A stretch of DNA of 64,000 nucleotides from assembly GCA_963668355.1 (NCBI GenBank), contig OY764265.1, positions 2,560,001-2,624,000 on the forward strand, read 5' to 3'. This stretch comes from Bdellovibrionota bacterium (GTDB taxonomy: Bacteria > Bdellovibrionota_G > JALEGL01 > DATDPG01). Each line of letters opens with the position of its first letter. The first letter of the stretch is position 1. The translations under genes and the position numbers were made by a program. This document shows, piece by piece, positions 1 through 9,643 of the stretch. The notes under the pieces are model-generated. The model was given only the letters and a program-made list of their open reading frames with translations, searched no databases and had not been told where the DNA came from.

Positions 1-1
1 T

Positions 2-388
2 CAAGCCTATTTTCCGGCTCACGACTTGCCTCGGGTGGAACGTCATTTGAAGAAGGCCATTGATCAGGATCCAGAAGATGACCTCTATTGGGGGTGTTTG
101 GGCGTCATTCAATTGAAAACAGGGCAGCTTAAAGAGGCTCGTTCGTCGTTGGAGATGGCTTTGCAAAAGCCTTTGACTCCTTATCGAGCTGCTCACCATC
201 AGTTGTTTTTGGGGCGCGCCTTGGATTTGTTGGGAGAGCGAAATGAAGCGAGGGAAGCCTATAAATCTGTGGAAAATTCTGGATCCTTTCGGAGAGAAGC
301 CTTGTTGGGTGCCCGAAAGACATGGAAACGGAAATATAATTCCAAAGTGTTTCTCGACTTCACTCTAGGTGAAGGAATTCTTTCGTAA
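2..388 (+). CDS. TPR-containing protein, 5'-partial (C-terminal fragment)
   Basis: The frame is open from the window edge. TPR-like helices: LKKAIDQDPEDDLYWGCLG...EARSSLEMAL; LFLGRALDLLGERNEAREAY. Confidence 0.7.
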   Translation, partial: QAYFPAHDLPRVERHLKKAIDQDPEDDLYWGCLGVIQLKTGQLKEARSSLEMALQKPLTPYRAAHHQLFLGRALDLLGERNEAREAYKSVENSGSFRREALLGARKTWKRKYNSKVFLDFTLGEGILS

Positions 389-1841
389 GCCACAGAAACC
401 CCTTGAGACAGGGCTCTTCCGTATTCTTTCGATTGAGAACGGGCGTTAAATTGGCCCGTAAGGTTTGATCTTGAGCAACCAAAACGGCCAAAGGCGCTTG
501 AACCGGAATTGAGGAGAGTTTGGGCAAGAATACGATCACGCGTTGATAGTTGTCTTCAAGTTCGGACCAGAACGAGGAATCTTTCCATCTGGGATCGTTG
601 GGCTCTAGGGTAAGTTGTTCCAATTCGTCCGACGGTGTGGTCGAAACAAAAATGCATTTTTCTTTGGAGGCGTTCCAAAATTTCACAATATTGCGAAGGA
701 GATTCGGAAGTCTTGGCGTCCACGAATAAAGAGGGTGGAGAAAAAGGAGAGGCGAACCTTCACGCGTCATGATTTCCGTTAAAATTTTTCCCACACGCTC
801 TGGCGTGGAAAGGGTGGCGACGGAATAGCGTTCGGTCGTCTCATCTGTTTCCGTTTCGGCAATGTGATTGGCCGTGCCTTTAAATTCAAATTGTCCCGAA
901 CGCCAAGAAAAGGCTTCCAAGATTCGTTCGAGTTGGAGGATATTCAAGGAGAATTCTACTTTTTCCCGTTCCAAGATTTGTTCGTTTTGAATCAGCTCGT
1001 GCAATTTGAGTTGTTTGGAACGGGCGGTGCTTTCCAGACGAGAGACCATATCTTTGGAAAGAAATTGGAACCGAGAAACGACGCCCCCCAAAGTTTCCGT
1101 GGGATTGGTGCTGACGACGGTGGAAAGAGAGCCAGACTCAAAATGGAGCAATTTTTTTCGTTGGCCTCGTTCGTAAAAGAGGGTTCCGGTCGCTTCTGCG
1201 GCTGCATAGCTAAAAATGACCCGAGCGCCACCATTGGAGTGCAATTCTCCTCTTCGTTCCATGTGATGGGGAGAGGCCAGGTGGAGAAAGAAGGGGCGTT
1301 GGAGAAATAAGTTTTGGGTTTCTTTAAAAACATGGGAAAGAGCAAAAGTCTTTTCAATTTTTAGATTGGGGGGAGGCGCATCTCCCTTGTGAAGGATGAA
1401 TTTTCCCTCAAACCACCCCAAAAGATTGAAAATTCGCTCCTCCAATTGAAGAATTAAGAGGCGTTCAATTTCATCTTCGTTCAAGACTCGGTTTTCACGT
1501 AAAGCATTTAAAAATCGAATTTCCCAATCTGAGGTGTTGGGGGTGGGTAGATCGATTTTCGAAAACAATTCCGCAATTTGGTTCGAGAATAGAAAGCCTT
1601 GGCTAAGAAGCATGTCCACGCCTTCCGGAACCAGGTTGGAGTGAATCCCGACTATTTCGCCTTTTTCAAGGAAAAGATGCTTCACCCGATTGGCTCGTTC
1701 AAACACCATGCGTCCCGTAAACTCTTCTTCCGAAGCTTTTAAAAGAAGTTGGTAGGAGGGCACCTGGGCCAAACTCCCTTTTAAAGGGAGTTCTTTAGGT
1801 AAGAATTTTGTTAACGTCGAAATGATGTCCTGCATTGACAT
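360..1841 (-). CDS. Protein with two DUF4388/PATAN-like domains and a degenerate alpha/beta C-terminal domain
   Basis: Two copies of the pattern 'TG-x-L/M-x-F-ER...K.L.F..G' each ending in 'ERI...W..G.F.F'. Confidence 0.7.
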   Translation of the reverse strand: MSMQDIISTLTKFLPKELPLKGSLAQVPSYQLLLKASEEEFTGRMVFERANRVKHLFLEKGEIVGIHSNLVPEGVDMLLSQGFLFSNQIAELFSKIDLPTPNTSDWEIRFLNALRENRVLNEDEIERLLILQLEERIFNLLGWFEGKFILHKGDAPPPNLKIEKTFALSHVFKETQNLFLQRPFFLHLASPHHMERRGELHSNGGARVIFSYAAAEATGTLFYERGQRKKLLHFESGSLSTVVSTNPTETLGGVVSRFQFLSKDMVSRLESTARSKQLKLHELIQNEQILEREKVEFSLNILQLERILEAFSWRSGQFEFKGTANHIAETETDETTERYSVATLSTPERVGKILTEIMTREGSPLLFLHPLYSWTPRLPNLLRNIVKFWNASKEKCIFVSTTPSDELEQLTLEPNDPRWKDSSFWSELEDNYQRVIVFLPKLSSIPVQAPLAVLVAQDQTLRANLTPVLNRKNTEEPCLKGFLWLTKEFLHLE

Positions 1842-1862
1842 AATTTAAGCCCAATTTATTAT
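1835..1862 (+). promoter_or_regulatory. Putative sigma70 promoter for the large lipoprotein gene
   Basis: TTGACA (1835-1840), 16 nt, TATTAT (1857-1862), in an AT-rich divergent gap. Confidence 0.35.
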
Positions 1863-1949
1863 GTAAATTATTCAATACGTTACGGCTCCTTTAATGAAGG
1901 CACAAATCTTTTCTCAATTCTTAGTTGATCTCCGGAAATGGGGTTTTCG

Positions 1950-4900
1950 ATGAAAAATGGATTTTCTAGTTTGGCAGTTCTCGCATCTTTGCTCATTTTT
2001 GGCTGTACGGGTGGGGATGGAATTTCAGTCGATCCAGATGCCACTCCGACACCTACACCCACACCCACGGCCACACCCGTTCCGCCTGGAGGTGGAGGTA
2101 CCGTGGTCATTGGTGAAACCCCGGGGCTATGTTCGGCGGGAGATGTGGCGCGTGTGGATCTTTTGGCGGACGGAACCGCTCGATTCCCACTCGTCTTGGA
2201 TGATGATCCGTGTACCCCAGCCAAAGACAATCGAAATGAAGAATATACGTTGATCATGTACAACACGACGAGCTCAGCTCGGTCGTTTCGAATCGATGCG
2301 CCCTTGAATTCTTCGCCGCCAGCGTCAATCACGGCTTTGACGGCTCTGGATGAAGAAGACTTCGAGATTCAGTCTCCTTCGTATCAACCGAGTTATTCGA
2401 CGGGGCCCATGGAAAGCAGCATGGCCGCGTATAATCTTCAGAGAAGCTATCCCGAATTGAAATACGAAATGTTCGGTCAGAACCAGGGTGGGGCGACCAT
2501 GGCTCTGGAAGTCGTAGAAGGGATGGAAGTTCCTTTTATCGTTCGAAACAGTCCAAGTGATGATGAGTCGTTTGAGACCACATCAGCGATTCTCGCCACG
2601 CAGGGAACACATATCAACGTTTACGTGGATCGAGACATTTGGCCCGAAGGGGGAGATTGCACGAATAGTAACCTGCCCGAAGATTGTTTGGACGAAACCG
2701 ATACGGACAAAATCGCGGCCGTATTCGACTACAATATCTGGCCTTTGGAGACCGAAATTTTGGGAAGTGAATCGGATGTAGATGGGGATACGCGCGTGGA
2801 TCTTCTCATTACCCCAATTTTAAATACTTACCTGGATACGCATTCCTACACGGATCCCCGAAATCTTTTGCCTTTTAGTGCTGTGTCAAATCCAGGGTCG
2901 AATGAACGGGAAGTGATTTTTGCGTTTGCTCCAGACTCGTTGGCGCACCATGAAATTCTTGGAAACGGAATCGATGCGGCAAGTTATATGAATAAGACGC
3001 TGTTGGGGTGGTTGGCTTTTCAATTTTCGAAAATCATCAGCTACAACCAACACGTATTTGTCGCCGGAGGTTCTCCCGAAGTCGATTGGATTGAGGACGG
3101 CATAGGTACGGTGATGGCGGACTTGGCTGGGTTCAATATTTGGCGGGGTGGAGCTTACTTGACCTTAGCGGCCCCTCATTTAGACGATATTCGACAGGCG
3201 GAAGATTTGGATTTGGCCGATCGGGAAGGGGCAGAGTATTTGTTCATGCTCTACTTGCTGCAGTCCCAAATGGATGACACGTACTCCAGTTCGGATTCGG
3301 ATGGATTTGATGATGATCTGGACATTTTGGGAACCTTGGTCCAGTCCGAGCTCAATGGAGTCGAGAATTTGGAAGCGGCGTTGGATGTGGACTTTGATGA
3401 AGAAACGGAAACCGAGTTCGCTTCCTTATTTAAGGATTGGGCCATCGCCATGGCCACCAGTGGTTCAGGTCGAACCGACCTCCAGCAATCGGGTCAAGAT
3501 GAGGTGAAGTATTATTACAATCTGAATCCCGAGATCTATGGAACCTCCATTTCAAATGCCAATGGATCCAGAAGAGTTGGCGCGGACGGGGACCTTGCGG
3601 TTGTCGCAGCGGCCGGAGATTTGGATGCGGACAGTGCTCAAAACTATGTAGGCATGGACTTAAATGCCTATAACGATGAAGACGAACTCATGTTTGAGAA
3701 CGGGGATGAACATGTCTGGGCACCCGGAAATCCTTTTTATGGCTATGTGGACCCCTATTCGAGCATGTATGTTCGTTTAGCCGGGCTCTTTTTGCCACAG
3801 CAAACGGTCGCCATTCGCGCAGACAATGGAGTCCTTCAGGGCTTCATCGTGCGGCGCTCCGACATCACGTATCCCCATGTGTATAGCGAAAGCACCTTCG
3901 GGACGATCAACCAATTTCCGGAAGACCTGGATGCTCCGGGGAATCACAACTTTTTCGGCGTGGATAAGAAAATCGACTACGAATCTTTGGTTTCGAGTGC
4001 GACCAATGACACCGATTTGGCTCAGGATTTTCTCTCCATTGTGGGAAGAATTGATATGCCGGAAGGCGTCTATATCTGTCCCGAGGATCGGACGGATTGT
4101 CGTACGGGACCCGTTCGAGACACCGACAAATACACGTTCACCATTCCAGATTTAGGTCGAACGGATGAAGGGGATTTGGCTCTGGTTGTGCGTCGACAAC
4201 ACGACAACGGATCGGATACCTCAGCCCTAAAACCGATGTTGGCCATTGTATCCTCGAAGGATGTTCCGTATCCGTACGCGGATCACCCCGCGCGAAATGA
4301 CTCTCCAGCGTCAGGAACGGCTGCGACCCGGCCTCAATACCGTTGGCTCACGACCTACCTACCTTGTGGAGATGATGATGCGGGTGCGTATAGCAACTCG
4401 CTCAACGATACGAATACGAATACAAAAGCTTGCTCAGCCACGCCTGCCGTACCTCCAGATGGTGGAAATGTCGTGAGTTCCCGAATCACGTTTTCGGGAG
4501 CCATGGAAAACACGGGAACCTGGTACACAGGCATTGGTGGGGGCATCGGCGATATCACGGACCCGGCCGATTGGGGCACATGGGATGGAGACATCACAGG
4601 GGCCGAGTGCGATTATGCGTCTTCTGTGGACAATGTATATGGAGGTTCGGTTCACGCCGTTACGGACGAAGAAACGTCACCTTCCAGTTTGGGGCAATAC
4701 GCCTGGGTTTTGGGGAAAGGCGCCACCTTCATGGATTATAGTTATGGTTTTACGTCAAATGACTTTCCCGTGGCCTTGTTTTCTCGGGAGTTCTTGATTC
4801 CTGTTTCGGGATATCCCTCGTTGGATCCCGAGGCCATGTATGATCCACGTTCCAACAATACGCTGTCTTTGAATTGTCAGACGGTCACGGACGATGAACC

Positions 4901-5576
4901 GGATCTGACGAACGATGCGCCGGATGATGTCTTGGTTCCTGACGAACTTCGTACGGGCCAAAGTCTGGTGGAGCAGGTGCTGATGGAAATGTCCCGCGGG
5001 CGATCCTCTCTTTGGGACAGTGGCGGGTCCACGTCAGTAGATGAAATGACGGGTCTCAACGAAAAATATCGAGACTTCGATGTTTTAGGTTTGGACGGAG
5101 ATAGCTGGGATTTTGACACGAAATGTAGCTTGTCCGATGTTGGAAACAACGTTCATGGCTTCACGGTTCGGGGAGGTGAACATAGCATGGTCATTGGTTT
5201 GACTGGAGGCATCACGTCATCAGGTACTTATAGCGATATCGGTTTAAGTGGATCCTATTGGGCGACGGAATTGGAGCCTCATATTGCGTTTGACTATGAA
5301 GCTTCGGGAGACCTTCCTCCGGATGTCCCCTCCAGCGACAATCAAAAGATCTACCGCAGAAACACCAGCAATGAAAACGCGTCTGCTGAAACGGTTATTC
5401 GTTTGCGTCAAGGCCGGAGTTACACGATCATTGTCGGAGGCATGGATCAAACGGTCGGCAACTATGAGTTGCGCTTGCGAAAAATCAATCGGGAAAATAC
5501 GAATCCCGTCAATATGGTGACCTTGGATGAAGGCAGTGTGGACTGTGAATTTGCTGGTCTTACCAAAGGGCCCTAA
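1950..5576 (+). CDS. Large acidic lipoprotein with a PT linker, an M30-like (probably inactive) peptidase domain and a split PPC-like domain
   Basis: Lipobox LIFGC after ATG 1950; PTPTPTPT linker; SDVDGDTRVDLLIT and LA-FQFSK-IISYNQHV...WIEDG match the M30 context; C-terminal GRSYTIIVGG...GNYELRL. Confidence 0.7.
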   Translation: MKNGFSSLAVLASLLIFGCTGGDGISVDPDATPTPTPTPTATPVPPGGGGTVVIGETPGLCSAGDVARVDLLADGTARFPLVLDDDPCTPAKDNRNEEYTLIMYNTTSSARSFRIDAPLNSSPPASITALTALDEEDFEIQSPSYQPSYSTGPMESSMAAYNLQRSYPELKYEMFGQNQGGATMALEVVEGMEVPFIVRNSPSDDESFETTSAILATQGTHINVYVDRDIWPEGGDCTNSNLPEDCLDETDTDKIAAVFDYNIWPLETEILGSESDVDGDTRVDLLITPILNTYLDTHSYTDPRNLLPFSAVSNPGSNEREVIFAFAPDSLAHHEILGNGIDAASYMNKTLLGWLAFQFSKIISYNQHVFVAGGSPEVDWIEDGIGTVMADLAGFNIWRGGAYLTLAAPHLDDIRQAEDLDLADREGAEYLFMLYLLQSQMDDTYSSSDSDGFDDDLDILGTLVQSELNGVENLEAALDVDFDEETETEFASLFKDWAIAMATSGSGRTDLQQSGQDEVKYYYNLNPEIYGTSISNANGSRRVGADGDLAVVAAAGDLDADSAQNYVGMDLNAYNDEDELMFENGDEHVWAPGNPFYGYVDPYSSMYVRLAGLFLPQQTVAIRADNGVLQGFIVRRSDITYPHVYSESTFGTINQFPEDLDAPGNHNFFGVDKKIDYESLVSSATNDTDLAQDFLSIVGRIDMPEGVYICPEDRTDCRTGPVRDTDKYTFTIPDLGRTDEGDLALVVRRQHDNGSDTSALKPMLAIVSSKDVPYPYADHPARNDSPASGTAATRPQYRWLTTYLPCGDDDAGAYSNSLNDTNTNTKACSATPAVPPDGGNVVSSRITFSGAMENTGTWYTGIGGGIGDITDPADWGTWDGDITGAECDYASSVDNVYGGSVHAVTDEETSPSSLGQYAWVLGKGATFMDYSYGFTSNDFPVALFSREFLIPVSGYPSLDPEAMYDPRSNNTLSLNCQTVTDDEPDLTNDAPDDVLVPDELRTGQSLVEQVLMEMSRGRSSLWDSGGSTSVDEMTGLNEKYRDFDVLGLDGDSWDFDTKCSLSDVGNNVHGFTVRGGEHSMVIGLTGGITSSGTYSDIGLSGSYWATELEPHIAFDYEASGDLPPDVPSSDNQKIYRRNTSNENASAETVIRLRQGRSYTIIVGGMDQTVGNYELRLRKINRENTNPVNMVTLDEGSVDCEFAGLTKGP

Positions 5577-5583
5577 CGCTTAG

Positions 5584-5988
5584 ATGCCGAGCTCTCTGGA
5601 CCATATCGGAATTGCGGTTTCAGACCTTGAAGCCGCAATGGAAGATTATGTTCAGAAACTGGGCTTTAAGCTGGAGGCCCGCGAATCTGTTCCAACCGAA
5701 CATGTGAATGTGGCCATGTTGAGGGCCGGTACTTCTCGCGTGGAACTCTTGGAACCGACAGATGACTCCTCGGCGATTTCCCGCTTTTTGCAATCTGGGA
5801 AGAAAGGCATTCACCATTTGGCCTTTGAGGTTGAAGACATCGAAAAAGAGCTGGCCATGTTTCGAGAAAAAGGGGTCACAATCATTGAACCTGCGCCGAG
5901 AGAAGGCGCAGGAGGCTGTAAGGTCGCGTTTATTCACCCGAAATCCACACAAGGGGTCCTTTTGGAGTTGGTAGAACGTCCGACGTGA
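5584..5988 (+). CDS. mce: Methylmalonyl-CoA epimerase (VOC family)
   Basis: LDHIGIAV, VELLEP, GIHHLAFEVEDI, AFIHPKSTQGVLLELVE. Confidence 0.9.
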   Translation: MPSSLDHIGIAVSDLEAAMEDYVQKLGFKLEARESVPTEHVNVAMLRAGTSRVELLEPTDDSSAISRFLQSGKKGIHHLAFEVEDIEKELAMFREKGVTIIEPAPREGAGGCKVAFIHPKSTQGVLLELVERPT

Positions 5989-6761
5989 ATCATTTGATGT
6001 ATAATAAATGGGTGAATAGAGCCGCCTTAAGTCTTTTGATGGCCCTGGGGCTGTCTTTCTTATTTTCTTGCTCGGAAGGTGGGGAAGGCTTCGATATGAA
6101 TTTTCGGGGTTATATGGGCCCGATTTCGTATATTGACGAGTTGGCTCCTGATCTTCCCACCCCCAACAATGTCACGATTTCCGTTCGCGGTCGGAACACG
6201 GATGAATTTCCGGTGACCTTTTTCAATGAAAGTGAAATTCCCGGAACGTATAAATTTGAAATTCAAGGGGTTCCAAAATTGGAAGATTTGGTGTTTCGCG
6301 TCGCGGGAAACGGTTTGGAAGATTCTTCGACATTTCCGGTTCTGGTGGATCCTGACCGATATTTGTATCTTACGGGTTTGCCTTCTGGATTGAGAGAGAC
6401 CGTGATGCAGCGGATCGTGGATACGGTTTTGGGGGAAGAAATTTCCTTTGGAACCCATAATGGGGCCATTCTGGGGGTGATCTCGCCGGAAGGTTCGGGG
6501 TGTCCAACCATTTCTCGTGTGGAACTCTTGGATCTTTCAGGAGAGGTCTATTCCAGTGCCAAAGGGCCTTATTATTTTGGTTCGAATGGAAGTGTTCGAA
6601 CGAACTCTTTTGGGGATGAAGAATGCAACTTCTGGTTTTTTGAGGTCACCCCAGGCGCATATGACATTCGCTACGTAAGCGGAACGGGCAATGATCCGCT
6701 GGCACGCGTCGTTGTTTTTGGGGATAGCGTGAGCGTTGGATATAAAATCCCAGCTAGCTAG
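5985..6761 (+). CDS. Hypothetical lipoprotein (beta-sandwich, carboxypeptidase-regulatory-like); may start at ATG 5997
   Basis: Hydrophobic signal ending LFSC; FFEVTPGAYDIRY motif; overlaps the mce stop. Confidence 0.6.
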   Translation: MNHLMYNKWVNRAALSLLMALGLSFLFSCSEGGEGFDMNFRGYMGPISYIDELAPDLPTPNNVTISVRGRNTDEFPVTFFNESEIPGTYKFEIQGVPKLEDLVFRVAGNGLEDSSTFPVLVDPDRYLYLTGLPSGLRETVMQRIVDTVLGEEISFGTHNGAILGVISPEGSGCPTISRVELLDLSGEVYSSAKGPYYFGSNGSVRTNSFGDEECNFWFFEVTPGAYDIRYVSGTGNDPLARVVVFGDSVSVGYKIPAS

Positions 6762-6767
6762 AACGTT

Positions 6768-7622
6768 TTACGTCAACGCATATCCAATGATTTTATAACA
6801 AAGCTTTGCCGTCGCGAAATCGGCATACCGGTTGTTTGGATTGGGGCAGAGTTCATTTACGTCGGCTCCCACAATTTTTCGATTTTCGGTAATGGCCCTG
6901 ATGAGCCTTAAGGTTTCCTCCCATGTCAGGCCCCCAGGTTCAGGCGTTCCGACGCTGGGAATGATCGAAGGATCCAATCCATCCACATCTACCGTCAAGT
7001 AGACATGTTCGGTTTGAATATACGAAATGAGGTCCGCAATCCAATTGGGGTTTTCACGAATTTCATGGGCATAAAAGGTTTGAACGGATTCGGTTTTCCC
7101 AATTCGGAATTCTTCCTCATCCACGCTTCGAATGCCGGCCGAGATGATGGGAACGCGACCCACCAAACGTCTCATCACACAAGCATGGCTGTATGGATTG
7201 CCTTGGTATTGATCCTTGAGGTCAGCATGCGCATCAATTTGGATGACCGTGAGTGAATTCCCCCATTTCTCGAGAAAAGGGTCGATCAATCCCACGGTAA
7301 TCGTATGTTCTCCTCCCAAGGCCAAGACAAACCGTTCTTGTTTGAGAAGTTCCCGAACTTTTTGTCGAATTTGATCCAGGATGTCTTCCATGGCCTCGGA
7401 ATTCCAGGAAGGATGTCCCAGTTCCCAGTCGGTATAAATTCCGACGGAGGAGGGGTCTTGTCCCAATTCGGCATCAAAGAGTTCCACTTGCGTGGAAGCC
7501 TCCACAATGGCTCTGGGGCCGTTGGCCGTTCCTTTCATGTAGGAAGTGGTTTTTTCCAGGGGCAGAGGCAAAATCACAACTTTGGATTTGAGTTTTGGTG
7601 AATCTAAGTCTAGAAACTGCAT
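6768..7622 (-). CDS. speB: Agmatinase
   Basis: Arginase-family motifs GGEHTIT, DAHADL, DVDGLDPS, GTPEPGG; divergent from speA. Confidence 0.92.
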   Translation of the reverse strand: MQFLDLDSPKLKSKVVILPLPLEKTTSYMKGTANGPRAIVEASTQVELFDAELGQDPSSVGIYTDWELGHPSWNSEAMEDILDQIRQKVRELLKQERFVLALGGEHTITVGLIDPFLEKWGNSLTVIQIDAHADLKDQYQGNPYSHACVMRRLVGRVPIISAGIRSVDEEEFRIGKTESVQTFYAHEIRENPNWIADLISYIQTEHVYLTVDVDGLDPSIIPSVGTPEPGGLTWEETLRLIRAITENRKIVGADVNELCPNPNNRYADFATAKLCYKIIGYALT

Positions 7623-7737
7623 GTAATCCTCCTCAATAAGAGGGTACTATAATTGATTTTTTGCCTTTCCCCTAGAGGGTTTGTTTTTGTATAGTGCCGA
7701 CCTCGTTCGGCAATGGTTAGGCAAAGGCGGTGCCAAA

Positions 7738-9630
7738 ATGGAAAAGTTTACGTTAGCAGATGCGGCCAATCTCTATGGAATTGATTCCTGGGGGGCGAGT
7801 TATTTTCAAATTAATGATGAAGGACGTTTGGAAGTCTGTCCGCGTAAGGATCAAGATTTACGCATCGATTTGCTTAAAGTTGTCGAAGAACTCAAGAAAA
7901 GTCGAATGCAGGCTCCGATCCTCTTGAGATTTCCTCAAGTGTTAGAGACGCAGGTCAATACGCTATGCAATGCATTTGAAAAGGCCCGGGAAGAATTTCA
8001 CTATGAACAGAAATATTTTCCCGTATTTCCCATCAAAGTGAATCAACAGTCGACCGTGGTTCAGAATTTGTTGAAGGCTGGGTACAAGCACAATTTGGGG
8101 TTGGAAGTGGGGAGTAAAGCCGAACTCATGGGAGCCCTGGCTTTTGATCTGCCGGAAGAGGCTCTGACCATTTGCAATGGGTTCAAAGATGAGGCCTATT
8201 TTGAAATGGCGTCTTTGGGTGCCAAGATGGGAAAGCGAATCATTACCGTCATTGAAAAGCCATTCGAATTGAAACAATTGGTGGATTTGAAGGAAAAAGG
8301 CCGGGACCTGCCCTGGGTCGGATTTCGTGTCAAATTGAGAGCAAAAGGGTCGGGCCTTTGGGAGAAATCCGGGGGAAGTACCAGCAAGTTTGGGCTCTCC
8401 ACCAGCCAACTTTTGGATGGGGTCGAAACCCTTCGAAAAAATGGGATGCTTGATCGATTGAAGATGTTTCATTTTCACATCGGATCTCAGATTACTGAAA
8501 TCCGACGAATGAAAGAAGCCATCAAAGAAGCGGCGCGAATTTATGCAAAGGTTCGCAAATTAGGCATCGCCGTGGAATTTGTGAATGTTGGTGGGGGCTT
8601 GGGCATTGACTACGACGGGAGCAAAACCTCCTCGGACGCTTCAGTGAACTACACGATTCAAGAATATGCCAATGACGTGGTTTATAACATCGCAGACGTG
8701 TGTGAAAACGAACATGTTCCTGAACCCAAAGTCGTGACGGAGAGCGGTCGGGCGATGGTTGCGTATCATTCGGCTTTAATTGTGGATGTTCGGGGACATA
8801 TTGAATGCACGGCCGATCGGAAGCCCACATTTTTGGAAAATGAACCTCGCGTGATTGAAGATTTGCTCTACATCCATCGAAACTTAACCGTGAAGAACTA
8901 TCGAGAATATTATCACGATGCGGTTGAGGCTCGGGATCAACTGTATTCGCTTTTTAGTCTCGGAATGTTGGATCTCGAAGAACGGGCAAAGGGTGAATGG
9001 CTCTACTGGGAGATAGCGCAAAAAGCCGTGAAGTACAGCAAATCAGCCAAATTTGTGGCGGATGAATTTGTGGATCTGGAACATCGATTGTTTGAGAAAT
9101 TCATTTGCAACTTTTCGGTCTTTCAATCCATTCCCGATCATTGGGCTTTGGATCAATTGTTTCCGGTGGTTCCCATCCATCGTTTGGAAGAAAAACCCAA
9201 TCGGCGGGCCACACTGGTCGACATTACCTGCGATTCCGATGGTGAAATGGATAAGTTTGTGGACTTGAAGGACATTAAGTATGCCTTGGAAGTCCATGAC
9301 CCAAAAGAGGGAGAGCCTTACTACTTAGCTTTTCTTTTGATTGGGGCCTACCAAGACACCATGGGTGATCTTCACAACCTCTTTGGGGGTGTCAATGAGG
9401 CCCAGGTCTTGGGCGAAGAGGGGGGAAAGTTTTTGATCCAAGACGCACGAAAAGGGGAAACCATTCGCCATGCCTTGGAATTGTTCGGATTTGAGGCAGC
9501 CAAACTCGTTCGAAATATTGAAACTCAGGTTCAAGGGAGAATATCCAAAGGGCTCCTGAAAGACGATCAAGCTGCTCAAATTGTAGAGGCTTACAAGGAA
9601 GCGTTTAATAGTTATCCATACTTATCCTGA
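7738..9630 (+). CDS. speA: Biosynthetic arginine decarboxylase
   Basis: YGIDSWG, PVFPIKVNQ (PLP Lys), HFHIGSQI, GGGLGIDYDG, DITCDSDG, GAYQDTMGDLHNLFG. Confidence 0.95.
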   Translation: MEKFTLADAANLYGIDSWGASYFQINDEGRLEVCPRKDQDLRIDLLKVVEELKKSRMQAPILLRFPQVLETQVNTLCNAFEKAREEFHYEQKYFPVFPIKVNQQSTVVQNLLKAGYKHNLGLEVGSKAELMGALAFDLPEEALTICNGFKDEAYFEMASLGAKMGKRIITVIEKPFELKQLVDLKEKGRDLPWVGFRVKLRAKGSGLWEKSGGSTSKFGLSTSQLLDGVETLRKNGMLDRLKMFHFHIGSQITEIRRMKEAIKEAARIYAKVRKLGIAVEFVNVGGGLGIDYDGSKTSSDASVNYTIQEYANDVVYNIADVCENEHVPEPKVVTESGRAMVAYHSALIVDVRGHIECTADRKPTFLENEPRVIEDLLYIHRNLTVKNYREYYHDAVEARDQLYSLFSLGMLDLEERAKGEWLYWEIAQKAVKYSKSAKFVADEFVDLEHRLFEKFICNFSVFQSIPDHWALDQLFPVVPIHRLEEKPNRRATLVDITCDSDGEMDKFVDLKDIKYALEVHDPKEGEPYYLAFLLIGAYQDTMGDLHNLFGGVNEAQVLGEEGGKFLIQDARKGETIRHALELFGFEAAKLVRNIETQVQGRISKGLLKDDQAAQIVEAYKEAFNSYPYLS

Positions 9631-9643
9631 GCCCAGGAAGTTT

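Noticed and set aside
1842..1869. Second dif-like site (TTATGTAAATT)
   Set aside because: Only the XerD-like half matches. There is no XerC arm ending in TAA at 6-bp spacing, and the sequence is ordinary AT-rich promoter DNA.
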